Shown: piece by piece, positions 39,094 through 52,320 of the stretch
Position numbering within the stretch: position 1 is the first letter of the stretch
How the letters are laid out: each line of letters starts with the position of its first letter
Assembly: GCA_951406725.2 (NCBI GenBank)
Contig: OX597824.1
Location: 26,040,001-26,104,000 of the forward strand
DNA from: Octopus vulgaris
Lineage: Eukaryota
Direction of reading: 5' to 3'
Length of the DNA stretch: 64,000 nucleotides
Notes under the pieces: model-generated
Told to the model about the DNA's origin: nothing
Database searches by the model: none
The model's input: only the letters and a program-made list of their open reading frames with translations
Position numbers and translations under genes: made by a program

Positions 39094-39649
39094 TACACAG
39101 AAAAAAACAAGGAGAGAAACAAGGAGAGAAAAAAATGCGTGTAGGAGCGATATACTTGCATACATATATTATGCAGTGGCCTTTTACGCGGTTTTCGTTT
39201 ACCAAATTCATTCACAAATCATTGGGCTGTCTGAGCTTATAGTAGAAGTCACTTGCCCATGGTGTCAGGAAGTAGGACTGAACCCGAAACGTAGTTGCAA
39301 AGCGATCTTCGCCACACAGACATGCCTTCGCTTATAGAGCCGTACAGTAAGGTTCTTAATGAACGTGCGATAATATCCGACTTTCCAAACAAATACTGTT
39401 ATTCCAGACGCATTATTTTGGATTCAGAAATGTTTTAATGCGTTGGGGGTTTTTTTTTTTTTTTTGTGTTAGATAATCTTTTGCCAGACACGTTAATAAC
39501 TGACTTCTAGGCGAAAAAAGGAAAACAAAAGAAGCTATAATCTTTTAACCAATCAAATATTATTTCTAAATTATTTAAATATTCTTCAGCTGTTCTACTT
39601 GTAGATGATATTCAGTTACGTAGCACAATATTTTATTTTAGACAACATA

Positions 39650-39819
39650 TAGGCGCAGGAGTGGCTGTGTGGTAAGTAGCTTGCTAACCAACCACATAGT
39701 TCCGGGTTCAGTCCCACTGCGTGGTATCTTGGGCAAGTGTCTTCTGCTATAGCCCCGGGCCGACCAATGCCTTGTGAGTGGATTTGATAGACGGAAACTG
39801 AAAGAAGCCTGTCGTATAA

Positions 39820-39909
<90 letters not shown>

Positions 39910-40110
39910 TTGTGTGTTTGTCCCCCTAGCATTGCTTGACAACCGATGCTAGTGTGTTTAAGTCCCCGTAACTTAGCGGTTTGGCAAAAGAGACCGATAG
40001 AATAAGTACTGGGCTTACAAAGAATAAGTCCCGGGGTCGATTTGCTCGACTAAAGGCGGTGCTCCAGCATGGCCGCAGTCAAAATGACTGAAACAAGTAA
40101 AAGAGAAAGA
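39650..40110 (+). mobile_element. SINE family A
   Basis: Full length. Confidence 0.9.
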
Positions 40111-41059
40111 GAGATGTGATTACGAAAACGATGAAATCTGGCAGGCGCGGTGAAAATTCCGAATGGTTTTTCGTTGTACTTGGAAACTGGTAGGTCGTAT
40201 TTATCACAATTCAGTTTTGTGTTTCTGCTGCTAACACGGTCTGTGAATATGCTGGCTGTCTTTGGGTTAAGGTGCATTTGATAGCGGGACTAAAATCTTT
40301 TAATAAATACGAATGAAAACTAAATGCTAACGGGCTTATTTAATAAGTGACTTTTAATCATTCGAAGGCGGCTAGCTGGCAAGATCGTTAACACGCCGAG
40401 CACAAATGCTTAGCGGCATTTCGTCCATCTTTACGTATTGAGCTAAAATTCCGCTGAAGTCGACTTTACCTATCATTCATTCGGGGCCGATAAAATACGT
40501 ACCAGTTGAGCACTGGTGTCGATGTAATCAACTTAACTAGATCTGGGTAAGAGTATAAAAAACCTGCACTCCTCTACCAAGCCATGTCAAGCCAACGTCG
40601 GAGAATAGGGTCATCAAACCAGTAGGCCTCCACATCAGTCCGTAAGTTGATGGAGAGAGCACATTGAGGTCTTAGTCCTGCAATGGACTGAACATAGGCA
40701 AACCAAGCATTTACGTATTCGTTCCGATTGCTGGTGATACCTAATTCTAGTTTTGTATTTTCCCTCCAGCCTATAGAATAAGCATACCATATTGACGCAG
40801 GTATTGCTGTATGGTTAAGAAGCTCACAACCACGTGGTTTTGAGTTAAGTCCAGCTATATATCATCTTGGACGAATATCTTCTACTATAACCTCGAACCA
40901 CCTAATACCTTGTGAGTGATTTTGGTGTGGAAACCCGTCATATAGTGTGTGTGTGTGTGTATTCCTCCGCCACTAATACTTTTATTAATTAAATTTACCA
41001 TTTAGGCAGCACATAGATGAGGTAGCTTTGCGGGCTGGACATTGATGAGGCGAATAATT

Positions 41060-41307
41060 ACTCTCTTTTACTCTTTTACTTGCTTCAGTCATTTGACTGC
41101 GGCCATGCTGGAGCACCGCCTTTAATCGAGCAACTCGATCCCGGGACTTATTCTTTGTAAGCCCAGTACTTATTCAATCGGTTTCTTTTTGCCGAACCGC
41201 TAAGTGACGGGGACATAAACACACCAGCATCGGTTGTCAAGCAATGCTAGGGGGACAAACACAGACACACAAACACACACACATACATATATATATACAT
41301 ATATACG
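41060..41307 (-). mobile_element. SINE family A, 3' half
   Basis: Homology to family A. Confidence 0.85.
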
Positions 41308-41730
41308 ATTAAGATGCAAAAATGATAAAGATGAGAGAAGAGAAAAATCGCCCGCCGACCCTCCGCTTCTCTAAAACATTGCTCTTTTAAACACATCATA
41401 TACAGAGGTATCAACCGTCTTACAATTTAAAATACAATATATTTGGACTAGAAAGCCCATACAATTATAATACACACAATTTATGCACAAATTGGAGGCG
41501 ATAAACCTCTACAATCCTTCCCCGAGTAATTTCTTGCAACTTGCAGGCATTCTTGCAACCGCAGTCCGGGGCTCCAAAAAAGAATTCTATAATTCTCGTT
41601 TTTACACGAGTCAGTTATATGATCACAGTACTTTCTTTCCAGCGCCAGAGCAGCCACCTGCGGAGGCCACTCTGGGCTGTCAATACAAGTCGGGTCTCCC
41701 AGGACCCGACTATCCCTCCGCCACTAATAC

Positions 41731-41958
41731 TTATTTCTTTACTACCCACAAGGGGCTAAACACAGAGGAGACAAACAAGGACAGACAAACGGATTAAGTC
41801 GATTATATCGACCCCAGTGCGTAACTGGTTGTTAATTTATCGACCCCGAACGGATGAAAGGCAAAGTCGACCTCGGCGGAATTTGAACTCAGAACGTAGC
41901 GGCAGACGAAATACCGCTAAGCATTTCGCCCGGCGTGCTAACGATTCTGCCAGCTCGC
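41731..41958 (-). mobile_element. SINE family B with TSD CGCCACTAATACTTA
   Basis: Direct repeats at ~41718-41732 and ~41956-41970. Confidence 0.9.
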
Positions 41959-42722
41959 CACTAATACTTAACAACTGACGTGGCTTGTTTACGTCCACAT
42001 GAGTTAGCGGTTCGGCAAAAGAGACAAATAGAATAAGTACCAGACTTAAAAGTAAGTACAGGGGTCAATTTGCACGGCTAAAACCCTTCAGTGCGATGCT
42101 CCAACTTGGCCACAGCCCCATGACTTAAACAAATAAAAGAGCTATCTAAACACTGAGTGACAATCTTCAATCTATTGAGGCGTCTTTAAAATCGCTACAG
42201 TCGCAACTTTGCAGTTTAGTTTGTCGACAGCATTTACTGGCACAGCACAATCAATTGTAATTGATCGCTTCCAATTTACTGTTACAAGCATTTATGTTCC
42301 AATCAATTTTTCTCTTACCAATTCGGCTATTGAAAACCGCAATGGTGCGGTTTTTCATATAAATCAGCTTCGCTCATATATAGTCGAGATGTGGTCTGTA
42401 GTTTCGCACAACACCTTAAAACCCGGTGAAAATTTTTTGAAATATTTCGTGCATAAAACGTCAATTATATTTTTCAGTAATCACATCAGATGAATTATCA
42501 ACATTATTAACTATATCAGTACGGCTGCGAACTAGTATTCCTGGCAAATTGTTTAGCGACATTTTGACCGTCTTTACTTTGAGTTGAAACTCCACCAAGA
42601 TCGACTTTGCCTTTCATCCTTTAGGGGTCGATAAAATAAGTACTAGTTGAGCACTGAGGTCGATGTAATCAACTTACCTGCTCTTTCGAAATGACTAACC
42701 TTGTGCTAAAATTTAAAACCAT

Positions 42723-43132
42723 TCTCTTTTTTTACTCTTTTACTTGTTTCAGTCATTTGACTGCGGCCATGCTGGAGCACCGCCTTTAGTCGAGCAAATC
42801 GACCCCGGAACTTATTCTTTGTAAGCCCAGTACTTATTCTATCGGTCTCTTTTGCCGAACCGCTAAGTGACGGGGACGTAAACACACCAGCATCGGTTGT
42901 CAAGCAATGCTAGGGGGACAAACACAGACACACAAATATATACACACACACTTATATATACATATACATATATACGACAGGCTTCTTTCAGTTTCCGTCT
43001 ACCAAATCCACTCACAAGGCATTGGTCGGCCCGGGGCTATAGCAGAAGACACTTGCCCAAGATGCCACGCAGTGGGACTGAACCCGGAACCATGTGGTTG
43101 GTTAGCAAGCTACTTACCACACAGCCACTCCT
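42723..43132 (-). mobile_element. SINE family A
   Basis: Full length. Confidence 0.9.
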
Positions 43133-44080
43133 GTAATACTAGTAATATTATTAAAGAGGCACAGGCGTGGTCGTGTAGTCATTGTTGGCTTAAGGCATGA
43201 ACCCACTGTATAGTTTCTCATGGGCTTCACGGGTTTAGGGGGCCCAATTCTAATCTATGTACGATGGTAACTTGTTAATAAATACTAAAGGGCCCAGTGC
43301 TTCTACAATAGCTCTTTATCGATTATTGCTTTGTGAGTGAATTTGATAGACGGAAACTGTGTAGAGCCCCTTCGTGTGTGTGTGTGCGCGCGCCTTTGTA
43401 TTAGTGTTTGTCCCTCCTCCCTCGGTTGCCTGAAACCAGTGTTGGTTTGTTTACGTCCCCGTAAGTTAGCGGTTCGGCATAAAGCACCGATAAAATAAGT
43501 ACTTGACTTTTAAAAAAATGATAATTACTGGGGTCGATTTGTTCTACTACCCATTCAAAGAAGTACCCCAGCATGGATGCAGTCTAATGACTGAAACAAG
43601 TGAAGGATAGATATTGGTGACCAGTCAAATGATTTAACCCAATTTATTTGGAAGAAATTTGAACCCGTTTCCCAATCGATATCGAACACATCTACATTCT
43701 GTTGCTGCTTACATATGATAAGTATTATGTATTTTTCATTGATTGGAATACTTTTTTTTTTTCAATAAACATTTAATTTTATTGATACAGTTTGTAATGG
43801 TGGTGATAGGGTCATTTTGCATATATTTAAATCAATCAAGCAGGCGCCAGTGTCTAATTCGAATTATATCAATTTATTGTTGATTTTTTACCGAAATACG
43901 TATAATAAATTGGGTTGTGAGATGAATTCGTTAGCTTCTTTTCAATGTTTTTTTGAATTAACACGAAAAATGTTTAATCGTAATGTATTATGGCTTTTTG
44001 TAGCTCTATTATTCCACAACAACTTTTGTTTATCGGTTTTGAAATATGAATAAATTTTACATCTTTTCAGACGCATGACG

Positions 44081-44680
44081 ATGGAGTGTCTAGTAGGAAA
44101 AAAAACGAGCATTTTTAATGCTTGCTTGTCTCTTTTCGCTCAAGGTTTCAAATCTGCCAAAGCCGCTTGAAACATTTGTGCTGTGTATGGAAAAGACATT
44201 ATTACTGAAAGGACTGAACGGAATTGGTTATCACTCTTCAAGGAGGAGGAATTCGACCACAGAGACTCTCCGCGTTTCGGCTGATCTGTTCAATTCAATG
44301 AAGATCCGCGCGAGTCTACTTTGGAATTGGTCCACCGGATGGAATGCTCTCATGATGCTATCGTCCGTCGCCTTCAAATCGATGAAACAATCCGATCGAC
44401 GTTATGAGTCCCCATGTCAGTAGTTTGACCAAAAAAGCTATTCGAGAGCATTCGGTTGGGAATTTCTATCGTACCTATAGCACCTTCAGATTATCACCTT
44501 TTTCGACCACTCTCCAAAAGTTTTAAGGCGTTTCGTTTAATAACGATTTAAGGCTAAAAACATGATTCAATGAATTCTTCGAGTCAAGACCCGGTGATTT
44601 CTACCGTCAATGCATTGATTAGCTTGTGGAAGGTTTGGCAACAAGTCATGAATAATGAAGAGGAGTATATTATCGACTAA
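44081..44680 (+). pseudogene. Mariner transposase relic with internal deletions
   Basis: N-terminal ICAVYGKDIITERT..NW...FK, APSDYHLFR motif, C-terminal FFESRPGDFYRQ...WQQV...YIID; GACAACCCTATA TIR-like end near 44750. Confidence 0.8.
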
Positions 44681-44874
44681 TTTGTAGATGAAAAATAAAG
44701 ATTAAAATAAGCAGAGGAAAAAAAACAACGAATCTATCTGACAACCCTATACTCTCTTTTAATACATATCAAAATTAGCTTCAATATTTGATTCCTTTCA
44801 TTCATATATATATATATATTACTGAAAAAATTATCACGATTTGTGTAATATTTTTTACGGGTTTGAAGATTTTT

Positions 44875-45975
44875 AGCTGGCGAATTGACAGAGTAATAAG
44901 GGTGCTGGATAGTATGTCTCGTGGTATTTAGTTAAGTTAATTAGTTAAGTTAGTTAGTTAATTTTTTGTTCCAGCTTTCAGCGACCTGAGTTCAACTCAT
45001 GCTGAGATCAACTTTGCCTTTCATATTTTCAGGGTCGATAAAATAAACATTCAACTGATTAATCCCCTTCCCTTAGATTTTAGCATTGCGCCTATGTTGC
45101 AACCAGTTATTAAGAAGGTTGAATTGGCATAATCATTAGAGCGTCGGAAAAACTTATTTGCGGTTGTTTTTCCGACTCATTAAGCTCTGAGTTGAAATTC
45201 CTCCGAGATCGACTTTACCTTTCATCTTTTTGGGGTCAATAAAATAAGTACCAGTTAAACATTTGGGTCGATGTAATCGACTTACCCGTTCCAACTAAAA
45301 CCCAGGCCTTGTACCTATTGTAGAAATAATTGTTATCATTACTAAGGCGGCGAAAGGCGGCGAGCTGGCAGAAACGTTAACACGCCGGGCGAAATGCGTA
45401 GCCGTATTTCGTCTGCCGTTACGCTCTGAGTACAAATTCCTCCGAGGTCGACTTTGCCTTTCATCCTTTCGGGGTCGATAAATTAAGTACCAGTTACGCA
45501 CTGGGAGTTGATACAATCGACTTAATCCGTTTGTCTGTCCTTGTTTGTCCTCCCTGTGTTTAGCCCCTTGTGGGTAGTAAAGAAATAAGTATTTCGTCTG
45601 CCGTTACGTTCTGAGTTCAAATTCCGCCGAGGTCGACTTTGCCTTTCATCTTTTCGGGGTCGTTTAAATAAGTACCAGTTATGCACTGGGGTCGATATAA
45701 TCGACTTAATTCGTTTGTTTGTCCTTGTTTGTCCCCTCTATGTGTAGCCCCTTGTGGGCAGTAAAACAAATAAGAATCGTAACCGCACCGAACAAAATGC
45801 TTAGCAGCATATATTTCGCTCCTACGTTCTGAGTTCAAAGTGCAGCTGAGGTCGACTTGCCTTACATCCTTTCAAGGGTCGATAAAATAAGTACCAGCCT
45901 CGCAGTGGGATCGATGTTTTGGACTAGACCCTCACCACAAAAATTTCAGGATTATGTCAAAATTAGAAAGAATTA
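44875..45975 (+). mobile_element. Cluster of SINE family B copies including a dimer (45356-45775)
   Basis: Repeated GTCGACTTTGCCTTTCATCC domain. Confidence 0.85.
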
Positions 45976-46522
45976 TTATTATTATTATTATTCGATTTCA
46001 TGCCATGCTTACAATTCATTCTCTGAATGTCTAATTTTCCTACATGAACTACATTTTCACCCTTGTATCGATAAGTTTTCTTTCGCGATCAATATAATAT
46101 TTTACACAACCTTTCTATCGTTATTTAATTTTATATTATTGGTTATTTTGAATTTTTAGCCTCCAGTAGCTTTGGATTTATTATCTTTAACATAATTCAA
46201 AGAAATTGCAGAATTACCATTTATATCGTTGGTTGATGTCACTGTACCACTAAGTAGTTTTTCGGCTTCTTTAGCACGAACAGTAGATTTTCGCGATTTC
46301 TAATACATCATCGAATGATGAATTTCCGTCACGAAGACAAGTACATCGTACATCGTGTGGTGTAAACGTGACGTTTTGATCATGTACCAGACGACTGACG
46401 ATATTTAAAGCATTATTTTTCGAATTTGCAATCTCTTTCCAACGATCTCATCCCAATTTTCCAAATCATATGACTGAGCGATGTTCATTATACGCTGGTG
46501 GAATTTAATAGACACGATCAGA

Positions 46523-46600
<78 letters not shown>

Positions 46601-46613
46601 TTTATTGTTATTG

Positions 46614-47133
46614 TATGTTTGACTTTTGCTTTATATTTGTACAAGTTGGCTCCAAGTCTCACCCAGAGACCTCAAGAGGCAACAGGTTGGAAGTTCGTAT
46701 TGTTGTTATGCATAGTGTGCCATATATTTGGTTTTGTATTTAGTGTTGTACTAGTGAATGTCTTAAAAAAACCCCGAAAATTATGTTTGTTTTAAAACTT
46801 GAGATTACATAGAGGGTATTTTGCGTAGGATATGAGCAGTTCCCGTGAGCACTATCTTTTGAATTTCTGCCATTTTTGGGTTTCTTGGTATCTGAGTTAG
46901 GTAGCAATCAGCCCTTTTTGCAATCATTCCCAGGGCACCTATGACAACAGGTATTGTTTTAGTCTTCAGGTTCCACATTTTGCTGATTTCTATTTCAAGA
47001 TCTTTATATTTGCTCAGATTCTGGTAGGTCTTGACAGATACGTTTATATCGATTGGGACAGTCTTTGTCTGAAGTCTTTCAATATGATGTCTGGCCTATT
47101 TGCATCTATCTTTCTGTCAGTTTGAATGGTGAA
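46614..47133 (-). mobile_element. 3' fragment of R4/Dong-like LINE (restriction-like endonuclease region) in (TAA)n
   Basis: IQTDRKIDANRPDII...KYKDLEIEISKMW...PVVIGALG...GTAHILRK. Confidence 0.85.
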
Positions 47134-47155
47134 GTTATTATTATTATTATTATTA

Positions 47156-47223
<68 letters not shown>

Positions 47224-47763
47224 TAGTCTTATTTTTATCATATGCTTTCACTGCACTACCGAGAGCAGTGACATGGTGATCTTATATCAAGATAAATAGC
47301 GCATGACTTCGCAGGTGGTGCCCATTCAGAATTTTCTTCTAGTCGAGTAGCCCATCCCGCTCAAAAGGTCCCCGAATAAGGATTGTTAAAGGATGTTGAA
47401 CGAACCACCCATGTTTCCAGAGGTGAATTATCCAAACCTTCAAGAATTCCTTTCCACATACGGCTATGATGCTTCCCAACTACTTCTGCTCGTGGTCAGA
47501 GATGCACATATCGTCAACAACTAAGGGACATGCTCAACTGGTTACGGTCAAACAACTGACAAGCAAATCTGTAGTATTGAGTAGAATATTTGATGTAGCC
47601 CATCTTTTATACCAAGACAAAACAATGTACATGATAACACTTCCAATCAGTTAAGATCAGAAGCCATGAGAGCCACTGCCTGGTACTGCACCAAGGCATG
47701 TTGTTGTTGTTGCTGCTGCTACTGCTGCTGTTGTTGTTGTTGTTGTTGTTCTTATTATTATTT

Positions 47764-47973
47764 AAGGCTGCGAGCTGGCTGAATTGTTAGCGCGCTGAAC
47801 GAAATGCTTTGCGGTATTTCGCTCGTCGCTACGTTCTGAATTCAAATTCCACCGAGGTCGACATTGTCTTTCATTCTTTCGAAGTCGATAAAATAAGTAC
47901 CAGTTGAACACTGGGTTCGATAACATCGACTCATATACCCCCAAATTGCTGCCTTTGTGGCAAAATTTAAAAC

Positions 47974-48027
<54 letters not shown>

Positions 48028-48655
48028 AGCAGCGCGCTGGCAGAGCCGTTAGTTCGCTGGGCGAAATGCTTAGCGGTATTTCGTCTCGTCGCTATGTTTT
48101 TAGTTCAAATTCCGCCGAGGTCCTCTTTGCCTATCAACCTTTCGGGGTTGATAAATTAAGTACCAGTTGAGTACTGGGGTCGATGTGATCGACTATCCCC
48201 CCCACCACAAATTCCAGGCCTTGTACCTGTAGTAGAAAGGATTATTATAATTATTTAGGCGGCAAGCTGGCAGAAACGTTAACACGCCGGGCGAAATGCT
48301 TAGCGGTATTTCGTCTGCCGCTACGTTCTGAGTTCAAATTCCGTCGAGCTCGACTTTGCCTTTCATCCTTTCGGGGTCGATAAATTAAGTACCAGTTACG
48401 CACTGGGGTCGATGTAATCGACTTAATACCTATGTCTGTCCTTGTTTGTCCGCTCTGTGTTTAGCCCCTTGTGGGCAGTAAAGAAATAGGTATTTCGTCT
48501 GCCGCTACGTTCTGAGTTCAAATTCTGCCGAGGTCGACTTTGCCTATCATCCTTTCGGGGTCGATAAATTAAGTACCAGTTGAGTACTGGGGTCGATATA
48601 ATCGACTCAATCTCTCCCTCTAAATTTCAGGCCTTCTGCCTATTGAAGAAAGGAT
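47764..48655 (+). mobile_element. Cluster of SINE family B copies
   Basis: Four units, one dimer. Confidence 0.85.
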
Positions 48656-48669
48656 TATTATTGTTGTTG

Positions 48670-48980
48670 TCGTTGTTTGATTTACGCGTAACAGATTAAA
48701 CAGTTAGAAAAAATTCCTAACGTCGGCCTACAAGTAAACTTAGATGTCAAGAACCTTCCAAAGTATTCCAGCTGTCCCTAATAATACTGCTTTCTGGAGC
48801 TGCTCTAAACTAGATTTTACGTCTATTTCCTCTACCCATCTATTCAAATCTTTAGAATTTGTTACTAATGCATCTATAACTACAGGGATACAATTTACCC
48901 GCACTTTCCATAACCTCTGTAACTCGATTTTTAGGTCCTAGTACTTTGCTATTTTCTCTATTTCTCTCGTTATTAACCTC
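48670..48980 (-). mobile_element. 3' fragment of another R4/Dong-like LINE
   Basis: DLKIELQRLWKV...IPVVIDAL...LQKAVLLGTAGILWKVL. Confidence 0.75.
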
Positions 48981-49439
48981 GAGCTCTGGGTCTCATGGGG
49001 CCGATTATTCGGTTTCCATGGCATATTAGTGATCGAAATCACGGCATTCCTCCTGAACGGGACATCGGTCCGCTGCAAGATTCACGGCCCTCAGTTTTGA
49101 GGGGGGAGGGGACAGGTCGATTATATCAACCCCTATATTTTACTAGAACTTTATTTCATCGACCCCTAAATGATGAAAGGCAAATTTGACCTCGATGAGA
49201 GGTCAGTGTAAAGATCCGGAAGGAATGCCATTAAGCATTTTGTCCAACGTTTTAACGATTCTGTGAGCTTGAGAAACATTGATCCAGAATCTGTTTCGGT
49301 CATGGCTGATTCCTGGTTTCTGCACCTTGAAAGTTCTGCAACGAGCACAGTCTGTGCAAGATTTCTTTCTATTTTGATAAAGACTAACAGTCACCCTTCC
49401 ATGCAAGTCTCTTTTCACTATGCCATATAGTTTGGCACT

Positions 49440-49822
49440 GGAAGCACTCCGTCGGTTACGACGACGAGGGTTCCGGTTGATCCGATCAACGGAACAGCCT
49501 GCTCGTGAAATTAACGTGTAAGTGGCTGAGCACTCCACAGACACGTGTACCCTTAACGTAGTTCTCGGGGATATTCAGCGTGACACAGAGAGTGACAAGG
49601 CCAGCCCTTTGAAATACAGGTACAACAGAAACAGGAAGTAAGAGTGAGAGAAAGTTGTGGTGAAAGAGTACAGCAGGGATCACCACCATCCCTGCCGGAG
49701 CCTCGTGGAGCTTTAGGTGTTTTTCGCTCAATAAACACTCACAACGCCCGGTCTGGGAATCGAAACCGCGATCCTACGACCGCGAGTCCGCTGCCCTAAC
49801 CACTGGGCCATTGCGCCTCCAC
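49440..49822 (-). mobile_element. SINE family C with 12-bp TSD
   Basis: TSD TAGTTTGGCACT; tRNA head on minus strand. Confidence 0.9.
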
Positions 49823-49949
49823 TAGTTTGGCACTAATGTTGCATGCGTTGTAACCAGAACGCAAAATCCTTCAAGGATGTCCGAAGAGTTCCATCAATCC
49901 ACCGCCTTGGATTGGTGCTTTCCAGCAGTTCACCCGTCCGTTCATTCAT

Positions 49950-50166
49950 TTATCCATTTTCTCCGCCCTCTATCACTGAAAGGGTCGTGGAGGATAGAAT
50001 CCTCAAGCACCTCTTCCATAGAGCCCTCTCAGAAACAACCGTCATTACACTTTGCAGCTGGATTCCCAAGCGTGACCAACTGAAACTATGAATATTATTC
50101 AACCAAGTCATTCTCGGTCTGCCCCCTAAGTCTTCTGCCGATTGTCTTGGCTTGAAGAATCTAACC

Positions 50167-50206
<40 letters not shown>

Positions 50207-50366
50207 TCCTTAACCTTAACCCAAACCCTAACCCTAACCCTAACCCTAACCCTAACCCTTTCCTGCGACATTCTAACCACATGTCCATCTTGTCGGAGCC
50301 ATGAGCTCTCTATGCGGAGAAAAAGCAGCTCGACCTGGAGAGATCCCTGATCTCCGAGCAATGTTA
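49950..50366 (-). pseudogene. RTE-clade LINE ORF C-terminal relic
   Basis: LRIESSWLRQDGHVVRMSQER...ILQAKTIGRR..GRPRMTWLNNI, matching the RTE GHVxRM...GRPR..W motif. Confidence 0.7.
50161..50258. repeat. Interstitial telomeric repeat (CCCTAA)n
   Basis: About 16 mostly perfect units. Confidence 0.95.
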
Positions 50367-50374
50367 CTCTAGAG

Positions 50375-51790
50375 CAGTGTTTTCAAAATTGTGTGTCGCC
50401 AGCAGAGCGTAAGTGCGTTGCAAACGCACAGGAAACCAATATATAAAATACCCAATTCTAATTTGTTTAAGCTTTTCAGAATCTGTTTGTTACTATAGCG
50501 AACATGTCAATGCATGTAACTACCGGTTATCGTTTCCCACTTAATCTTTGGAGGCGAGATTTAAAATTAAAAAAAAAAAAGAGAGAAAAAGGCACGAGTA
50601 ATCTTCATTATATGATGCTTATTTTCATTATATTTTATTCAGTGTAAAAGAATTAATATATCTCAAGCGCTATTTCCTTGTCCGAAGTAAAGTGAAAATC
50701 AATTTAAAATTTTCAAATCCGCACCTGTTTTAATGAGCGAAATACACTGGACCTGCTTTCAAATTGCCTAAAGTTATTGTACACCTATACAGGTATTACG
50801 CATTACTGACGGTGAACTAATAACTATGAAATCACATTAAACTCATTTCACACTTGCCCCTTGTTCATCAGTCTCGCGGGCTTAGTCTTAGGAACCGGGT
50901 GTTCTAATTAAGTGCAACGTGCCATTTCTAATTTTATCGTGCTTACTGCTGGTGATATTAATTGCATATTTAGTTATAACTTTATTATAGATCAGCTTAG
51001 CTTTATTCATAAATTGTAATTAAATTACCCATAAAATGGATGTTTTTAACTAAGAAAAGAAAAGTTGCAGAAGATGAAGGAAACCGCTCAAACAGCTGTT
51101 GAACGAAGTGCATCAGTGAGTGCACAGAAAAAATTTTAAGCCTCATTTATACAAAAATGATTATATAAAACTGGGCTTCACATTTTCTGGAATTGAAAAC
51201 AACCCTAGTCCCCTGTGTTTAGTTTGTGGGAATGTACTTGCAAACGAAAGTATGGTGCCAAACAAAGCGTCAATTCAGCACTAGGCACGGAAATTTGTCA
51301 ACAAAGCCAGTTCAATGAGTACTTCATTGAACTTTGAAAATCTCTAAAAAAAAGCAGGCTTCAGCGTTTACAAAAAGAATGGAGACATCAGACAAAGTTC
51401 AAGAGTCAAGTTATTTGGTTGCTCCAATAATTGCCAAAAACAAGGAACGGTATAGTATTGTTCTAAAGGAATCTTGTGCTAAAGGAATCTTTCGAACAAT
51501 GTGTGGTTTCGAATTTGAGATAGAAGTTAATAAAATTCCTCTGGCAGATAACACAACTGGAAGACAAATTCAAGATATGTCTGATGACATTAAGCTGCTA
51601 ATGAAGAATATTTTTCAAGATAATAACATGATGTTTGCATTGCAGTTAGACGAATCAACAGATGTTAGTGGGTTAGCACAATTGATGGTTTTTATATGTT
51701 TCATTTATAATGATAGAATTATAGAGCAATTTTTGTGTTGTCTAGAACTTCCATTGAGAACTAGAGGTGAAGACTGTGTGTAAAATAACT
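50375..51790 (+). mobile_element. hAT (Buster/ZBED5-like) transposon, 3' truncated
   Basis: CTCTAGAG|CAGTG left end; YIKLGFT...PLCLVCGNVLANESMVPNK zinc-finger relic; FALQLDESTDVSGLAQL in ORF 51334-51783. Confidence 0.85.
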
Positions 51791-52320
51791 CAAAAAGTTA
51801 TGAACGGTATTTGATGAAACTTGCAGGAAAAGTTTGTAATGACACAAGGAACAGATGATGGAATTTTGGTAGTGATCCGTGAATTTTTAATGATTCTTGA
51901 AATATTTTTCCTTATGTAAAATAATTCTCTAATTCTCTCAATTGGATGAAATATTATGATCATGACGGGAATATCATAAGATGGACCATGATGGGTACAC
52001 AAGATGAACGATGACAGGAATATCATAAGAGAGACCTATCTCAGGTGTCAGTTCGTTGCATCTGCCTTGCCGATCTCTGTGACTGAAGAGGAGATAAACG
52101 CGCCGAAATGCATGCAGCCCTCTATCTGGTTAGGTAGCGCGGTGAGCTGCCTCGGTGTATTTACACCTATTTGTCTACAGGGAGAAATTTTCTCCATAGC
52201 AAAACAGAGTGAACAGTGTTCTTACAGATTCAAATAAGCCTCAAGCATCATTGAATTAGTGACAAGTTTGTATTTCTATTCATCACTGCTTAGTGCTCTC
52301 ATCCTGCACATGATCAAATG

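Larger units (their letters stand above)
38754..39150 (-). mobile_element. Tandem dimer of family P2 (205-bp period), retrozyme-like
   Basis: Two head-to-tail units, each with an HHR motif. Confidence 0.8.

Noticed and set aside
41600-41685. HDV-like ribozyme fold on the minus strand (GACAGCC..GCC TCCGCA GGT GGCTG)
   Set aside because: P1.1 GG and the catalytic J4/2 C are not in place
50835-50875. Minus-strand CTGATGA-ACA..TGT-GAAA
   Set aside because: Stem I does not pair; probably a chance match within the hAT 5' region
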